From Eledone cirrhosa (Eukaryota): DNA of 64,000 bases. Location of the stretch: NCBI GenBank assembly GCA_964016885.1, contig OZ024740.1, positions 244,962,001-245,026,000 of the forward strand. The letters run 5' to 3'. Below the pieces are notes generated by a model. The model had not been told where the DNA came from and made no database searches. It was given only the letters and a program-made list of their open reading frames with translations. Position 1 is the stretch's first letter, and each line of letters opens with the position of its first letter. Below are positions 44,499-57,268 of this stretch, piece by piece. A program made the position numbers and the translations under genes.

Positions 44499-45888
44499 AA
44501 ATGAATAAATAATAACAACGATCGAGCGATTTCTCTATTTTCCACAAGGGCAGTGGATGGGGTTTCATTACAAGAACCAATTGCAGCAGCATGAAACCTT
44601 CCCAGTTCTTCAGTTGTCCACATTGTGTTCTGTTTTCTGAGATATAGCAGCATCAATTTGATTGCAGCAGCAGCAGCAGCAACAACAGCTGCAGCAGCTA
44701 TTCAGTAGAGTCTTGCGAAAAGATCAGTTTTTGCGTCATTGACAATTGTGTGAGGAAGTAATTTGGAAGGTGAGTTCCGGAGTTATTTCAGCCTCAAATG
44801 TTAAACTGTTGCTACCATTGACGTACGTCAAAGTTCAATGAGAAGTTGGCAGTGTGGGGAAGGAAGTAAGAGTGGGAGGTGTGATGGTGGGTTGGGGGGG
44901 GGGGGGCAGTAGAGTTATTGTTAATGGTGGTGGTGTTAATGTTAATATTGGTGGTGGTGTTTGTGTTGGTGGTGGTGGCGATGGAAGTGTTAGCTTTAGT
45001 GATGGTGGCGGCAGTGGTGGCAGTGATAAATATAGAGTGGTGGAAGGGTGTTAGGTCAAGAGAATGGATAATGAGAGAATGATTAAATAGGTGTGGGGGT
45101 GTGAAGAGAATAAAAAAGGGCGATTATAAGGCAGATTGTTAGGGACAGAGAGAGAAAGAGAGAGAGTGTGTGTGGTTGAGAGAGAGGGAGAATGTGTGTG
45201 CCTGTGGATAAAGAAAAAGAAGGAAAGTGTGATAGATAGATAGAATATATATGTACATATATGTAGCGAAATCCGTAGATGTGAAAAGGAAAAAGGAAAA
45301 CAATTTAAGATGAGACCATTAATCAACAGAGTACTCGATAGTTTGGATAGTAGAGTATGGGTATATTATAAAGAGTCTCTTTATTATATATATATATGTT
45401 TACCGAGGCTATAGGAAAAACATTTTCTATAGCTCGGCTGCTCACAATTACTCACTCAATAAGAAATAGTTTGAACGTATAAGCGAGACAACCATTCTCA
45501 GAGTGTTAACAAGATGTATATTTGTAATGGAGCGGTTGCACGTAGATTTGTCCCGGACACAATGTGTTTCTACAAGTGCAGGCTGCACTGACAGATGCAC
45601 CTCGCAATCTGTTAGTTACAGTGGCAGCATAAGTGCAAATATACATGCCAAAATACTGCAAGTCTTCGTCACCGGATGTTATTAAAATGCGAGAAACTCG
45701 AGGTATCCATGTCCAGCTCCGTGCGTAGGTCAGTTTCTACTATCATGGCTAAGGTAGTTGGCAGCATGTAACGACGTCACGGGTGGAAGAACGACCTTTT
45801 GTTCGCCTAGGGACTCTGCTGGCAGGAAAATGGAAGTTAGGTAAATTTTGAAATAAATGGCCGTTATAGATCTTAACCATTTGAAAAA

Positions 45889-45951
<63 letters not shown>

Positions 45952-45957
<6 letters not shown>

Positions 45958-46118
45958 AGTTTCAGAAGATCCCGTTAAGGGTGAAAGCAGCGATTCTTTG
46001 CTTAAACTTTAATCTGTTATTTTAATAAATATTTGCTCTACGGTTCTTATATATTTGATATATATTTATCCTTATCGAGCCCTCTTTGGATTTTAGTCTT
46101 CAAATTTATTATTATTAT

Positions 46119-46122
<4 letters not shown>
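45952..46122 (+). mobile_element. solo 3' end of the PLE at 60.6-63.6k, starting right at its hammerhead-like motif
   Basis: Near-identical to 63411-63577; (TA)n on both sides. Confidence 0.9.
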
Positions 46123-46151
<29 letters not shown>

Positions 46152-46158
<7 letters not shown>

Positions 46159-46895
46159 GACTATATGAGAGAGATGAACACAGATATAAGTATTTAACGA
46201 AGGGTATAAATATGTAATTGTTATTGTTGGATGAGGTAACATGGTTATTAGATGAAATAACATGAATAATAAGAATAAATGTTTTTAGTTTATATATGGT
46301 TTACTTCACGTGAATCAATTAAAAAGTACAGTAAAACAGTTACCAAGAGTGGAGAGGGTTGACAATGTTATTCTGTTGTTAATGTAAAAACAGCGAACGA
46401 CCAGATAAAATTTGTTGGTGGTTAAAGTTTGTTGCAGTCCCTCGTAGTAGTTCTCGTGTTGAGTCTATGACCATAGTGTGTGAGAGAGAGTAACGGTTTG
46501 TATACCTCTGAATGATCTGTAGATGACTGTAGACCAGTGTGGTCTGTTGATAGTGGTGAATCTTTCACATAGCTTGTTCTGTAGTGGGGGTGCTCCGATG
46601 TCTCTGTGTCTAAGGTGGGAAAATATAGGCTTTATATACCTGTCGCTTTCTGCCTCCCACCTTTAGGGGATAGCCCACGCATGAACCTGTTCACTCCAAA
46701 AGGGTGATGACCTAAAATTTGACCTTTAGGTGTCACCCAAGGTTCAAGGCGCGGACAGATTTCACTACAAGTATACATGTGTTCCAATTGCAAAGCACCA
46801 AGTTAGCTAGGTTTCAACCTAGCTAACTTGGTCCTTGCAAATGGAACACATGTATACTTGTATCGGTGTTCATCCCTCTCATATATTCAATTATA
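46152..46895. mobile_element. non-coding element with ~42-bp imperfect terminal inverted repeats and a subterminal ~97-bp palindrome
   Basis: tataattgactatatgagagagatgaacac..tataagtat versus atacttgtatcggtgttcatccctctcatatattcaattata; hairpin at 46766-46862. Confidence 0.55.
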
Positions 46896-46997
46896 TGACA
46901 CGGCTCGGAAAGATTCACTTCTTTGAGCTATTTAATTGTAAAAGACTATTTTGAGTTTCTAACTCAATGTATGATATATATATATATATATATATAT

Positions 46998-47090
46998 ATT
47001 GTTATATTTGCGGAGGGTCCTATTGTTGTATTATTGCCAGAAATAATAATAAAACACACTCACTGTTTGGTTTGGATTGGCTTTCGCTTA
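46998..47090 (-). mobile_element. solo 3' end of the Naiad-like PLE family
   Basis: Matches 14398-14490. Confidence 0.75.
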
Positions 47091-47164
47091 GGGTATATAT
47101 ATTAGGATATATATATATACTATACATACACATACATACATATGCACACACACACATATATATA

Positions 47165-50100
47165 TATAAATATGTGAATATAGACATAGAATATTCGAAA
47201 ATATTCTGTATGTTTATAATAAACATTTTGAAGACCTAATCGCTATAGAATAGAATACGTCACGTATTACAATTAGATTCTCGATAAAAGCAAGGGAAGT
47301 AATCTACGCGTTTCATTCTCGTTAGAAATCATCAGGACTACATATCCAGTGCTTTTATCGAGAATGACACAGCTAGAGACTTATAGAATACTTAGCTGTG
47401 TACAGGAACTGGTTTGAAAGAGCGGTTGCCGGTCCGGCAGAAATTAGAAATTGGAATAAATGCTCTGAAATAGCGATATATATGTGAATATAGACATAGA
47501 ATATTCGAAAATATTCTGTATGTTTATAATAAACATTTTGAAGACCTAATCGCTATAGAATAGAATACGTCACGTATTACAATTAGATTCTCGATAAAAG
47601 CAAGGGAAGTAATCTACGCGTTTCATTCTCGTTAGAAATCATCAGGACTACATATCCAGTGCTTTTATCGAGAATGACACAGCTAGAGACTTATAGAATA
47701 CTTAGCTGTGTACAGGAACTGGTTTGAAAGAGCGGTTGCCGGTCCGGCAGAAATTAGAAATTGGAATAAATGCTCTGAAATAGCGATATATATGTGAATA
47801 TAGACATAGAATATTCGAAAATATTCTGTATGTTTATAATAAACATTTTGAAGACCTAATCGCTATAGAATAGAATACGTCACGTATTACAATTAGATTC
47901 TCGATAAAAGCAAGGGAAGTAATCTACGCGTTTCATTCTCGTTAGAAATCATCAGGACTACATATCCAGTGCTTTTATCGAGAATGACACAGCTAGAGAC
48001 TTATAGAATACTTAGCTGTGTACAGGAACTGGTTTGAAAGAGCGGTTGCCGGTCCGGCAGAAATTAGAAATTGGAATAAATGCTCTGAAATAGCGATATA
48101 TATGTGAATATAGACATAGAATATTCGAAAATATTCTGTATGTTTATAATAAACATTTTGAAGACCTAATCGCTATAGAATAGAATACGTCACGTATTAC
48201 AATTAGATTCTCGATAAAAGCAAGGGAAGTAATCTACGCGTTTCATTCTCGTTAGAAATCATCAGGACTACATATCCAGTGCTTTTATCGAGAATGACAC
48301 AGCTAGAGACTTATAGAATACTTAGCTGTGTACAGGAACTGGTTTGAAAGAGCGGTTGCCGGTCCGGCAGAAATTAGAAATTGGAATAAATGCTCTGAAA
48401 TAGCGATATATATGTGAATATAGACATAGAATATTCGAAAATATTCTGTATGTTTATAATAAACATTTTGAAGACCTAATCGCTATGGAATAGAATACGT
48501 CACGTATTACAATTAGATTCTCGATAAAAGCAAGGGAAGTAATCTACGCGTTTCATTCTCGTTAGAAATCATCAGGACTACATATCCAGTGCTTTTATCG
48601 AGAATGACACAGCTAGAGACTTATAGAATACTTAGCTGTGTACAGGAACTGGTTTGAAAGAGCGGTTGCCGGTCCGGCAGAAATTAGAAATTGGAATAAA
48701 TGCTCTGAAATAGCGATATATATGTGAATATAGACATAGAATATTCGAAAATATTCTGTATGTTTATAATAAACATTTTGAAGACCTAATCGCTATAGAA
48801 TAGAATACGTCACGTATTACAATTAGATTCTCGATAAAAGCAAGGGAAGTAATCTACGCGTTTCATTCTCGTTAGAAATCATCAGGACTACATATCCAGT
48901 GCTTTTATCGAGAATGACACAGCTAGAGACTTATAGAATACTTAGCTGTGTACAGGAACTGGTTTGAAAGAGCGGTTGCCGGTCCGGCAGAAATTAGAAA
49001 TTGGAATAAATGCTCTGAAATAGCGATATATATGTGAATATAGACATAGAATATTCGAAAATATTCTGTATGTTTATAATAAACATTTTGAAGACCTAAT
49101 CGCTATAGAATAGAATACGTCACGTATTACAATTAGATTCTCGATAAAAGCAAGGGAAGTAATCTACGCGTTTCATTCTCGTTAGAAATCATCAGGACTA
49201 CATATCCAGTGCTTTTATCGAGAATGACACAGCTAGAGACTTATAGAATACTTAGCTGTGTACAGGAACTGGTTTGAAAGAGCGGTTGCCGGTCCGGCAG
49301 AAATTAGAAATTGGAATAAATGCTCTGAAATAGCGATATATATGTGAATATAGACATAGAATATTCGAAAATATTCTGTATGTTTATAATAAACATTTTG
49401 AAGACCTAATCGCTATAGAATAGAATACGTCACGTATTACAATTAGATTCTCGATAAAAGCAAGGGAAGTAATCTACGCGTTTCATTCTCGTTAGAAATC
49501 ATCAGGACTACATATCCAGTGCTTTTATCGAGAATGACACAGCTAGAGACTTATAGAATACTTAGCTGTGTACAGGAACTGGTTTGAAAGAGCGGTTGCC
49601 GGTCCGGCAGAAATTAGAAATTGGAATAAATGCTCTGAAATAGCGATATATATGTGAATATAGACATAGAATATTCGAAAATATTCTGTATGTTTATAAT
49701 AAACATTTTGAAGACCTAACGAGAATGAAACGCGTAGATTACTTCCCTTGCTTTTATCGAGAATCTAATTGTAATACGTGACGTATTCTATTCTATAGCG
49801 ATTAGGTCTTCAAAATGTTTATTATAAACATACAGAATATTTTCGAATATTCTATGTCTATATTCACATATATATCGCTATTTCAGAGCATTTATTCCAA
49901 TTTCTAATTTCTGCCGGACCGGCAACCGCTCTTTCAAACCAGTTCCTGTACACAGCTAAGTATTCTATAAGTCTCTAGCTGTGTCATTCTCGATAAAAGC
50001 ACTGGATATGTAGTCCTGATGATTTCTAACGAGAATGAAACGCGTAGATTACTTCCCTTGCTTTTATCGAGAATCTAATTGTAATACGTGACGTATTCTA

Positions 50101-52380
50101 TTCTATAGCGATTAGGTCTTCAAAATGTTTATTATAAACATACAGAATATTTTCGAATATTCTATGTCTATATTCACATATATATCGCTATTTCAGAGCA
50201 TTTATTCCAATTTCTAATTTCTGCCGGACCGGCAACCGCTCTTTCAAACCAGTTCCTGTACACAGCTAAGTATTCTATAAGTCTCTAGCTGTGTCATTCT
50301 CGATAAAAGCACTGGATATGTAGTCCTGATGATTTCTAACGAGAATGAAACGCGTAGATTACTTCCCTTGCTTTTATCGAGAATCTAATTGTAATACGTG
50401 ACGTATTCTATTCTATAGCGATTAGGTCTTCAAAATGTTTATTATAAACATACAGAATATTTTCGAATATTCTATGTCTATATTCACATATATATCGCTA
50501 TTTCAGAGCATTTATTCCAATTTCTAATTTCTGCCGGACCGGCAACCGCTCTTTCAAACCAGTTCCTGTACACAGCTAAGTATTCTATAAGTCTCTAGCT
50601 GTGTCATTCTCGATAAAAGCACTGGATATGTAGTCCTGATGATTTCTAACGAGAATGAAACGCGTAGATTACTTCCCTTGCTTTTATCGAGAATCTAATT
50701 GTAATACGTGACGTATTCTATTCTATAGCGATTAGGTCTTCAAAATGTTTATTATAAACATACAGAATATTTTCGAATATTCTATGTCTATATTCACATA
50801 TATATCGCTATTTCAGAGCATTTATTCCAATTTCTAATTTCTGCCGGACCGGCAACCGCTCTTTCAAACCAGTTCCTGTACACAGCTAAGTATTCTATAA
50901 GTCTCTAGCTGTGTCATTCTCGATAAAAGCACTGGATATGTAGTCCTGATGATTTCTAACGAGAATGAAACGCGTAGATTACTTCCCTTGCTTTTATCGA
51001 GAATCTAATTGTAATACGTGACGTATTCTATTCTATAGCGATTAGGTCTTCAAAATGTTTATTATAAACATACAGAATATTTTCGAATATTCTATGTCTA
51101 TATTCACATATATATCGCTATTTCAGAGCATTTATTCCAATTTCTAATTTCTGCCGGACCGGCAACCGCTCTTTCAAACCAGTTCCTGTACACAGCTAAG
51201 TATTCTATAAGTCTCTAGCTGTGTCATTCTCGATAAAAGCACTGGATATGTAGTCCTGATGATTTCTAACGAGAATGAAACGCGTAGATTACTTCCCTTG
51301 CTTTTATCGAGAATCTAATTGTAATACGTGACGTATTCTATTCTATAGCGATTAGGTCTTCAAAATGTTTATTATAAACATACAGAATATTTTCGAATAT
51401 TCTATGTCTATATTCACATATATATCGCTATTTCAGAGCATTTATTCCAATTTCTAATTTCTGCCGGACCGGCAACCGCTCTTTCAAACCAGTTCCTGTA
51501 CACAGCTAAGTATTCTATAAGTCTCTAGCTGTGTCATTCTCGATAAAAGCACTGGATATGTAGTCCTGATGATTTCTAACGAGAATGAAACGCGTAGATT
51601 ACTTCCCTTGCTTTTATCGAGAATCTAATTGTAATACGTGACGTATTCTATTCTATAGCGATTAGGTCTTCAAAATGTTTATTATAAACATACAGAATAT
51701 TTTCGAATATTCTATGTCTATATTCACATATATATCGCTATTTCAGAGCATTTATTCCAATTTCTAATTTCTGCCGGACCGGCAACCGCTCTTTCAAACC
51801 AGTTCCTGTACACAGCTAAGTATTCTATAAGTCTCTAGCTGTGTCATTCTCGATAAAAGCACTGGATATGTAGTCCTGATGATTTCTAACGAGAATGAAA
51901 CGCGTAGATTACTTCCCTTGCTTTTATCGAGAATCTAATTGTAATACGTGACGTATTCTATTCTATAGCGATTAGGTCTTCAAAATGTTTATTATAAACA
52001 TACAGAATATTTTCGAATATTCTACGTCTATATTCACATATATATCGCTATTTCAGAGCATTTATTCCAATTTCTAATTTCTGCCGGACCGGCAACCGCT
52101 CTTTCAAACCAGTTCCTGTACACAGCTAAGTATTCTATAAGTCTCTAGCTGTGTCATTCTCGATAAAAGCACTGGATATGTAGTCCTGATGATTTCTAAC
52201 GAGAATGAAACGCGTAGATTACTTCCCTTGCTTTTATTGAGAATCTAATTGTAATACGTGACGTATTCTATTCTATAGCGATTAGGTCTTCAAAATGTTT
52301 ATTATAAACATACAGAATATTTTCGAATATTCTATGTCTATATTCACATATATATCGCTATTTCAGAGCATTTATTCCAA
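47165..52380. repeat. 310-bp hammerhead-containing tandem array (retrozyme-like): ~8.2 units on minus, then ~8.6 units on plus
   Basis: tatgtgaata recurs at 47171, 47481 ... 49651. Polarity switches at 49716-49719. gagaatgaaa recurs at 49721, 50031 ... 52201. Confidence 0.97.
49986..50074 (+). ncRNA. type I hammerhead ribozyme (representative of 16 complete copies)
   Basis: Outer helix ATTCTCGATAAAAGCA/TGCTTTTATCGAGAAT; internal loop with GGA/TCC; helix I GTAGTC/GATTAC; CTGATGA at 50016; helix II TTCT-aacg-AGAA; GAAAC-GC-GTA, with predicted cleavage after 50046. Confidence 0.88.
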
Positions 52381-52395
52381 TATATATAAATATAT

Positions 52396-52593
52396 AACGA
52401 AGGAAATGTGGTAAGGAACCAGGTGGACCATAACGCACCAAAGTATTCAATACTTAGAGTAGTAGAGTGGGTAATAGGAACAAGTAAGACCCCGACGGCT
52501 GAGCTCAAGCCGTTTCGACGGCTAATTCTGGACTCAGTCCAGAATTAGCCGTCGAAACGGCTTGAGCTCAGCCGTCGGGGTCTTACTTGTTCC

Positions 52594-52596
<3 letters not shown>
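52396..52596. mobile_element. short fold-back element (copy 4, best preserved)
   Basis: Perfect arms 52474-52534 / 52536-52596 centred on ggact-c-agtcc. Confidence 0.85.
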
Positions 52597-52634
<38 letters not shown>

Positions 52635-52637
<3 letters not shown>

Positions 52638-53660
52638 TTGGAGATGCGACAGTAGTGAAAGTCAGGCTGTTTCAAATAGAATCCGGCGGACGATTAACAG
52701 ATTGTCTGCAGAGATAAGATAGCCGACCGTAGAAAGGAATTTTCCAAAAGCAAGAATGTATAAACAAGTTGGACATGTGCCCATATGTTGTGATTGTTTA
52801 TGTGTGTGTTTTCCGCGTGCGTTTTACGTTGTGTAAGATGTTATGTACTATTCCGTAGTACATACATAGGAAAGTCCCTATGTATGTGTGCGCTCAAATA
52901 ATTGTTAATTTGTGCATGCAGAGTGTGCCCAAAGATCGGTTCAGGTGATCAGCAAACCGCCGGGCCCCAGTGCTCAGGTGGGCCTGCCTCCCATTGTCCA
53001 AATGCACCATGCGCTCGTTAAGCTCCTATCCAGGAGCATTCAGAGTAAAAAAAGTGCAATTCCGGTGGTGCCTGCAAGCCATTAGGATCTCGGACTTGAG
53101 GTTAACGAAATTATGTTTTAATTTTACTATTTCCATAGCTTCCACCACACAGAGTTTGCAACCGCCAGCGCCCAATGAATACACGAGCGTGCATTGCACT
53201 ATACTCCAGTCAAGCTTGAAGTCTGTGCTATTGTCTTTTAACGTTCAGGTTAAGTCTGACAGTCTTGTGGAGTGCCTCTTTGGCGGTTATTGAAAGAGTT
53301 CGTTTGGTTATATATCCTTGACTTAAAGCTCGTGAATGTTGCGCCGATATAGTTATGCATCGTATTCTGCGTTTCAACCAAACATTTGTACGCGGTGTTT
53401 GTTACCATGCAATTGCCCTGGAGAGAGCATTGCACTTTATTACAGCAGTTACAAGGCCAGGTGTCAGGGTGCCTACTCCGATTTCATGCTCCAGAGCCCG
53501 TGGTGTCATGTGTTGCGCCTCCTCCTTACCGGTTCGTTACCGCATTGTGGACCACGGTCGACGTTGCAGTCCGTTGGGTGTCAATGTCAAGGCTCACGGT
53601 GGGTCGCGGCATAGTGGAGGATATATTTATCCTCCGCTTATTCCAACCCTTCCTATTATT
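52635..53660 (-). mobile_element. PLE fragment with frameshifted GIY-YIG endonuclease (about 53025-53450)
   Basis: QCSLQGNCMVTNTAYKCLV..YIGATFTSFKSRIYNQ, then LKDNSTDFKLDWSIV..CKLCVVE..NLKSE..CRHH in another frame. Confidence 0.8.
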
Positions 53661-53879
53661 TGGGACTCATATATATATATGGAATAAGCGGGGATGTTGG
53701 ACATTTCCTTAAATTGTTATAAACGGGGTGGTTGTAATAAACGTGGAGAGGGAATCGGTAATTGTATAGTGTACGTATGGGATTTCTTGTAATGTTCTTT
53801 TTCTGTCATATATAATGATTTGATAGTGTAAAATAACATTATGATTAGACTCTCCAGCTGCTGTATCAATATGAATCAC

Positions 53880-54386
53880 TTATAATAAAATTTCGTCGGA
53901 GATAAGCAAAATTTAATAAGCGAGGAGAAGGGTTGGAATAAAAGTTATTTCCCTTGCCGGAATTAACACGTGATAACTATAGATGCGATTAGCAGCCATG
54001 TGGAGCAGCAAAATATAATTTATCACTCCGGTCCTAGACAGAACGAAATACCTGTTGATAAACTGAATCCTCCGTTCGATCACCAATACCATGAGCTTGC
54101 CATTCACGTAAGTCTGATATTTGATTTCGGATTCAAAGAAACATTTTAAACGATTGTTCGTTTGATTTATCCAGGTGTTCTTTTCTCAACCTGATTAGTT
54201 CTATCGTTACTTTGGTATATATTGTGTGTTAGTTTCGCCTACCACAATGTTCGATTTGTCAAGCTATTTAAACGTATGTTATTACTCTGAGGTCATATCT
54301 TATCGAGTGCTTTGCTAACTCATCATTTCATATAAGTAGGCCGAATTTACTTGCAAACCGCCCGAGATTCGATTTTACTGATTTCC

Positions 54387-54390
<4 letters not shown>
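53880..54390 (+). mobile_element. diverged member of the 425/647-nt unit family with a relic hammerhead
   Basis: gttatttcccttg..cacgtg and aacgtatgttattactctg..gagtgct blocks; CTGATA-TTTGA..TCAAA-GAAAC..GTT at about 54115-54160. Confidence 0.55.
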
Positions 54391-54446
<56 letters not shown>

Positions 54447-54448
<2 letters not shown>

Positions 54449-55237
54449 CGTTTCTGAATTTGTTTAGCAAGATTCTTTATCTGAAATCGTGTGTTGAAAC
54501 CGATATTGTTATACTTTGGGAAGGTCATGTTGCCAATAAGATGTACTGAAGGACAATGTAGAGACAAAAATATAGTGTACATAGGTGAGACAGCTCGTAG
54601 TGTAGGGGAACGGATAAATGAACACTGGCGAGACCTTCAAGATAATAAAGAATCATCTGTACTCTACCAACATGCTAAAATAGAACACAAGGGTAAATTA
54701 GAGAACATAGAAATAAAAATAGAATCTACACACAGAAAAGATGCAATGTTTAGACAAATTACAGAGGCAATAAACATAAAAGAATTACAACCAAAATTAA
54801 ATAGAAACTATGAGTGGAACAGCAACATCACAACTTACAATTAAGGACAAAATGAAAACACACACACACATAGAACAAACAACCAACCAGTAACATGTAA
54901 ATAAACAAATAAATAAATGAACATAAACACACACAGACACCCGGATGTGGCGCATGCGCAGACTGAGCACACAACACATACACAGAAACAAAATGGCGTA
55001 GGACAGAACAAAGGAGAGGCACAGAAACAAAGAAAGGAATCCCCAGTCACTGAAGAGGTCACAGAGTGTGTGACGAAAGAACTATGACTATATATAAACA
55101 ACTATCTGGTTGTGGAACCAACCAACCAACCAGAAATTTATAAATTTATAAATTTATAATAAATTTATTATAATAAATTGAAGTGAAAGCAACTGGTGCG
55201 TGTGTTTCTTATTGGCAACATGACCCTCCCAAAGTAT

Positions 55238-55243
<6 letters not shown>
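54447..55243 (+). mobile_element. short Naiad-like PLE (GIY-YIG C-terminus 54533-54844) with inverted 5' terminus
   Basis: IRCTEGQCRDKNIVYIGETARSVGERINEH..RQITEAINI..LNRNYEW. 54505-54541 mirrors 55207-55243; (TA)n at both ends. Confidence 0.88.
55045..55089 (+). ncRNA. minimal type I hammerhead
   Basis: AGTCA-CTGAAGA-G-GTCACA-gagtg-TGTGAC-GAAAG-AA-CTA-TGACT. Confidence 0.75.
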
Positions 55244-55326
<83 letters not shown>

Positions 55327-55439
55327 TTGGTGAGTGTGAGAGAGAGAAATAGGAGTTTGAGAACTGAAGACAAAGTTAAATGTGAATCGATCTGTCAGTT
55401 TTGGTGATGCTGGAGTTGGAGGTAGAAATATAGCTAAAT

Positions 55440-55705
55440 GGGGTGGTGGTGGTGGTGGTGATGGTTGATGTTGTGACTCTAATGGTTATAGTATTAGTGG
55501 TGGTAATTATGGTGATTACGGCAGTAGTGGCGGTGTAAGGATATTTACGGCAGTGGACTAAGGCAGTACTTTATGGGGTCAGAGGTTGTGGTTGTGTTGT
55601 TAATAATAGTGACTGTGATGGTATTAGTGATAGTAGTGGTGGTGGCGGTGGTGGTTCTGGTGGTTGTGGTGGTGGTAAGAAGTGTGAATGGTAATGTTTG
55701 TGGTA

Positions 55706-55774
<69 letters not shown>

Positions 55775-55802
55775 CAGCAGCAGCATCAGCAGAAGCAGCA
55801 GC

Positions 55803-55843
<41 letters not shown>

Positions 55844-55871
55844 CAGCAGCAGCAGCAGAAGCAGCAGCAGC

Positions 55872-55935
<64 letters not shown>

Positions 55936-55960
55936 ATGTTGGTAATATTGGTAATATTAT
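55440..55960. repeat. (GGT)n/(AGT)n/(AGC)n tract
   Basis: Direct inspection. Confidence 0.92.
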
Positions 55961-56255
55961 CAATATATGTAGTAAAATGGTGAATGATTCCATTCTAATT
56001 GTCTCCAGTAAGGTGAACTCAATATGATTAATGTTAGAGATAGGACGTAAACCAGATAGGCTCTCTGGTGTTTTCACCTCTATTGTCTTCACAGAACGGC
56101 CCTATCAAATTTTTCTCACCAGAACATGTTTATGAATTACTGTTGGCATTGTTGCTGATGTTGTTCTTGCTGTCGTCATCGTCGTCATTGTTGTTGCCGT
56201 CGTTATCGTCGTCGTCGTCGTTGCTGAAGTAGTTGTTTTTGTATTTATCTATTTA

Positions 56256-57268
56256 AAAAACCATTATATTGCAGACTCCTGCAATAGGAATTTGCCGATC
56301 TTGGATTTGCAGAAACTTAGCGCTGATGTTGGATGCGATATGTGATCTATATTGTTGATATACGATGTAAGTTATATATTTTGCACTCAGCCTCACCGCT
56401 ATGTCCGGGTCAGTATATCATCTTTTCCCGGGTCCTGTATTTTCGTTGCTCTAGTAATGCGGCTGGACTGCCGACCGCTATATATGATTTGCTAAGCTGT
56501 CTGAACGTAATGTTATTACTCTGGGGTCTTTCCTCATCCGAGTGCTCAAGCTACAGACCGATTATGCATATACGCTAGCTTGGCCGTATTCTAAAGCTTC
56601 GTCAATGCTGTACTAAAATTTATATTTACTCCTAGAATTAACGATTAACTGATTAATTTAATTAGATGATTATATTGATTGATTAATTGTTTAAGTTTGT
56701 TTGATAACTTCTGGTCGAGTGCTTTATTCGGTTTGTCTAAAGGGATTCATTCCTTTATCTCAAATTAGAATTCACCGCCTAAACGGGGGTTACCTCCCTT
56801 GGAGTAAACCACGTGTCTGTGGCGACATTTAAAGCTACAACATACCCGCTCTGGCTAAGAACAAAAGACTTGCTGAAGAAGTAAATCCTATGTTCTGTCG
56901 TCAAAAACCATTATATTGCAGACTCCTGCAATAGGAATTTGCCGATTTGGGATTTGCAGAAACTTAGCGCTGATGTTGGATGCGATATGTGATCTATATT
57001 GTTGATATACGATGTAAGTTATATATTTTGCACTCAGCCTCACCGCTATGTCCGGGTCAGTATATCATCTTTTCCTGGGTCCTGTATTTTCGTTGCTCTA
57101 GTAATGCGGCTGGACTGCCGACCGCTATATATGATTTGCTAAGCTGTCTGAACGTAATGTTATTACTCTGGGGTCTTTCCTCATCCGAGGGCTCAAGCTA
57201 CAGACTGATTATGCATATACGCTAGCTTGGCCGTATTCTAAAGCTTTGTCAATGCTGTACTAAAATTT

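Noticed and set aside
44500-44850. CAG-rich stretch as host exon; TTGACGTACGTCAA palindrome as regulatory site
   Set aside because: No sustained open frame or splice evidence; a single 14-bp palindrome is unsupported.
47165-52380. CRISPR-like array or rDNA/tRNA repeat
   Set aside because: Units are identical with no unique spacers, no cas genes are present and there are no rRNA/tRNA motifs; the context is eukaryotic.
56030-56105. Possible minus-strand terminal exon (ag-GPFCEDNRGENTREPIWFTSYL-stop)
   Set aside because: Weak acceptor, no recognisable homology and no partner exons; needs RNA-seq.
56445-56512. Twister-ribozyme resemblance (TAATGCGGC..GCCG..AAGC..AACG)
   Set aside because: I could not build P1 or the pseudoknots, and the motif is not kept in the two related units.
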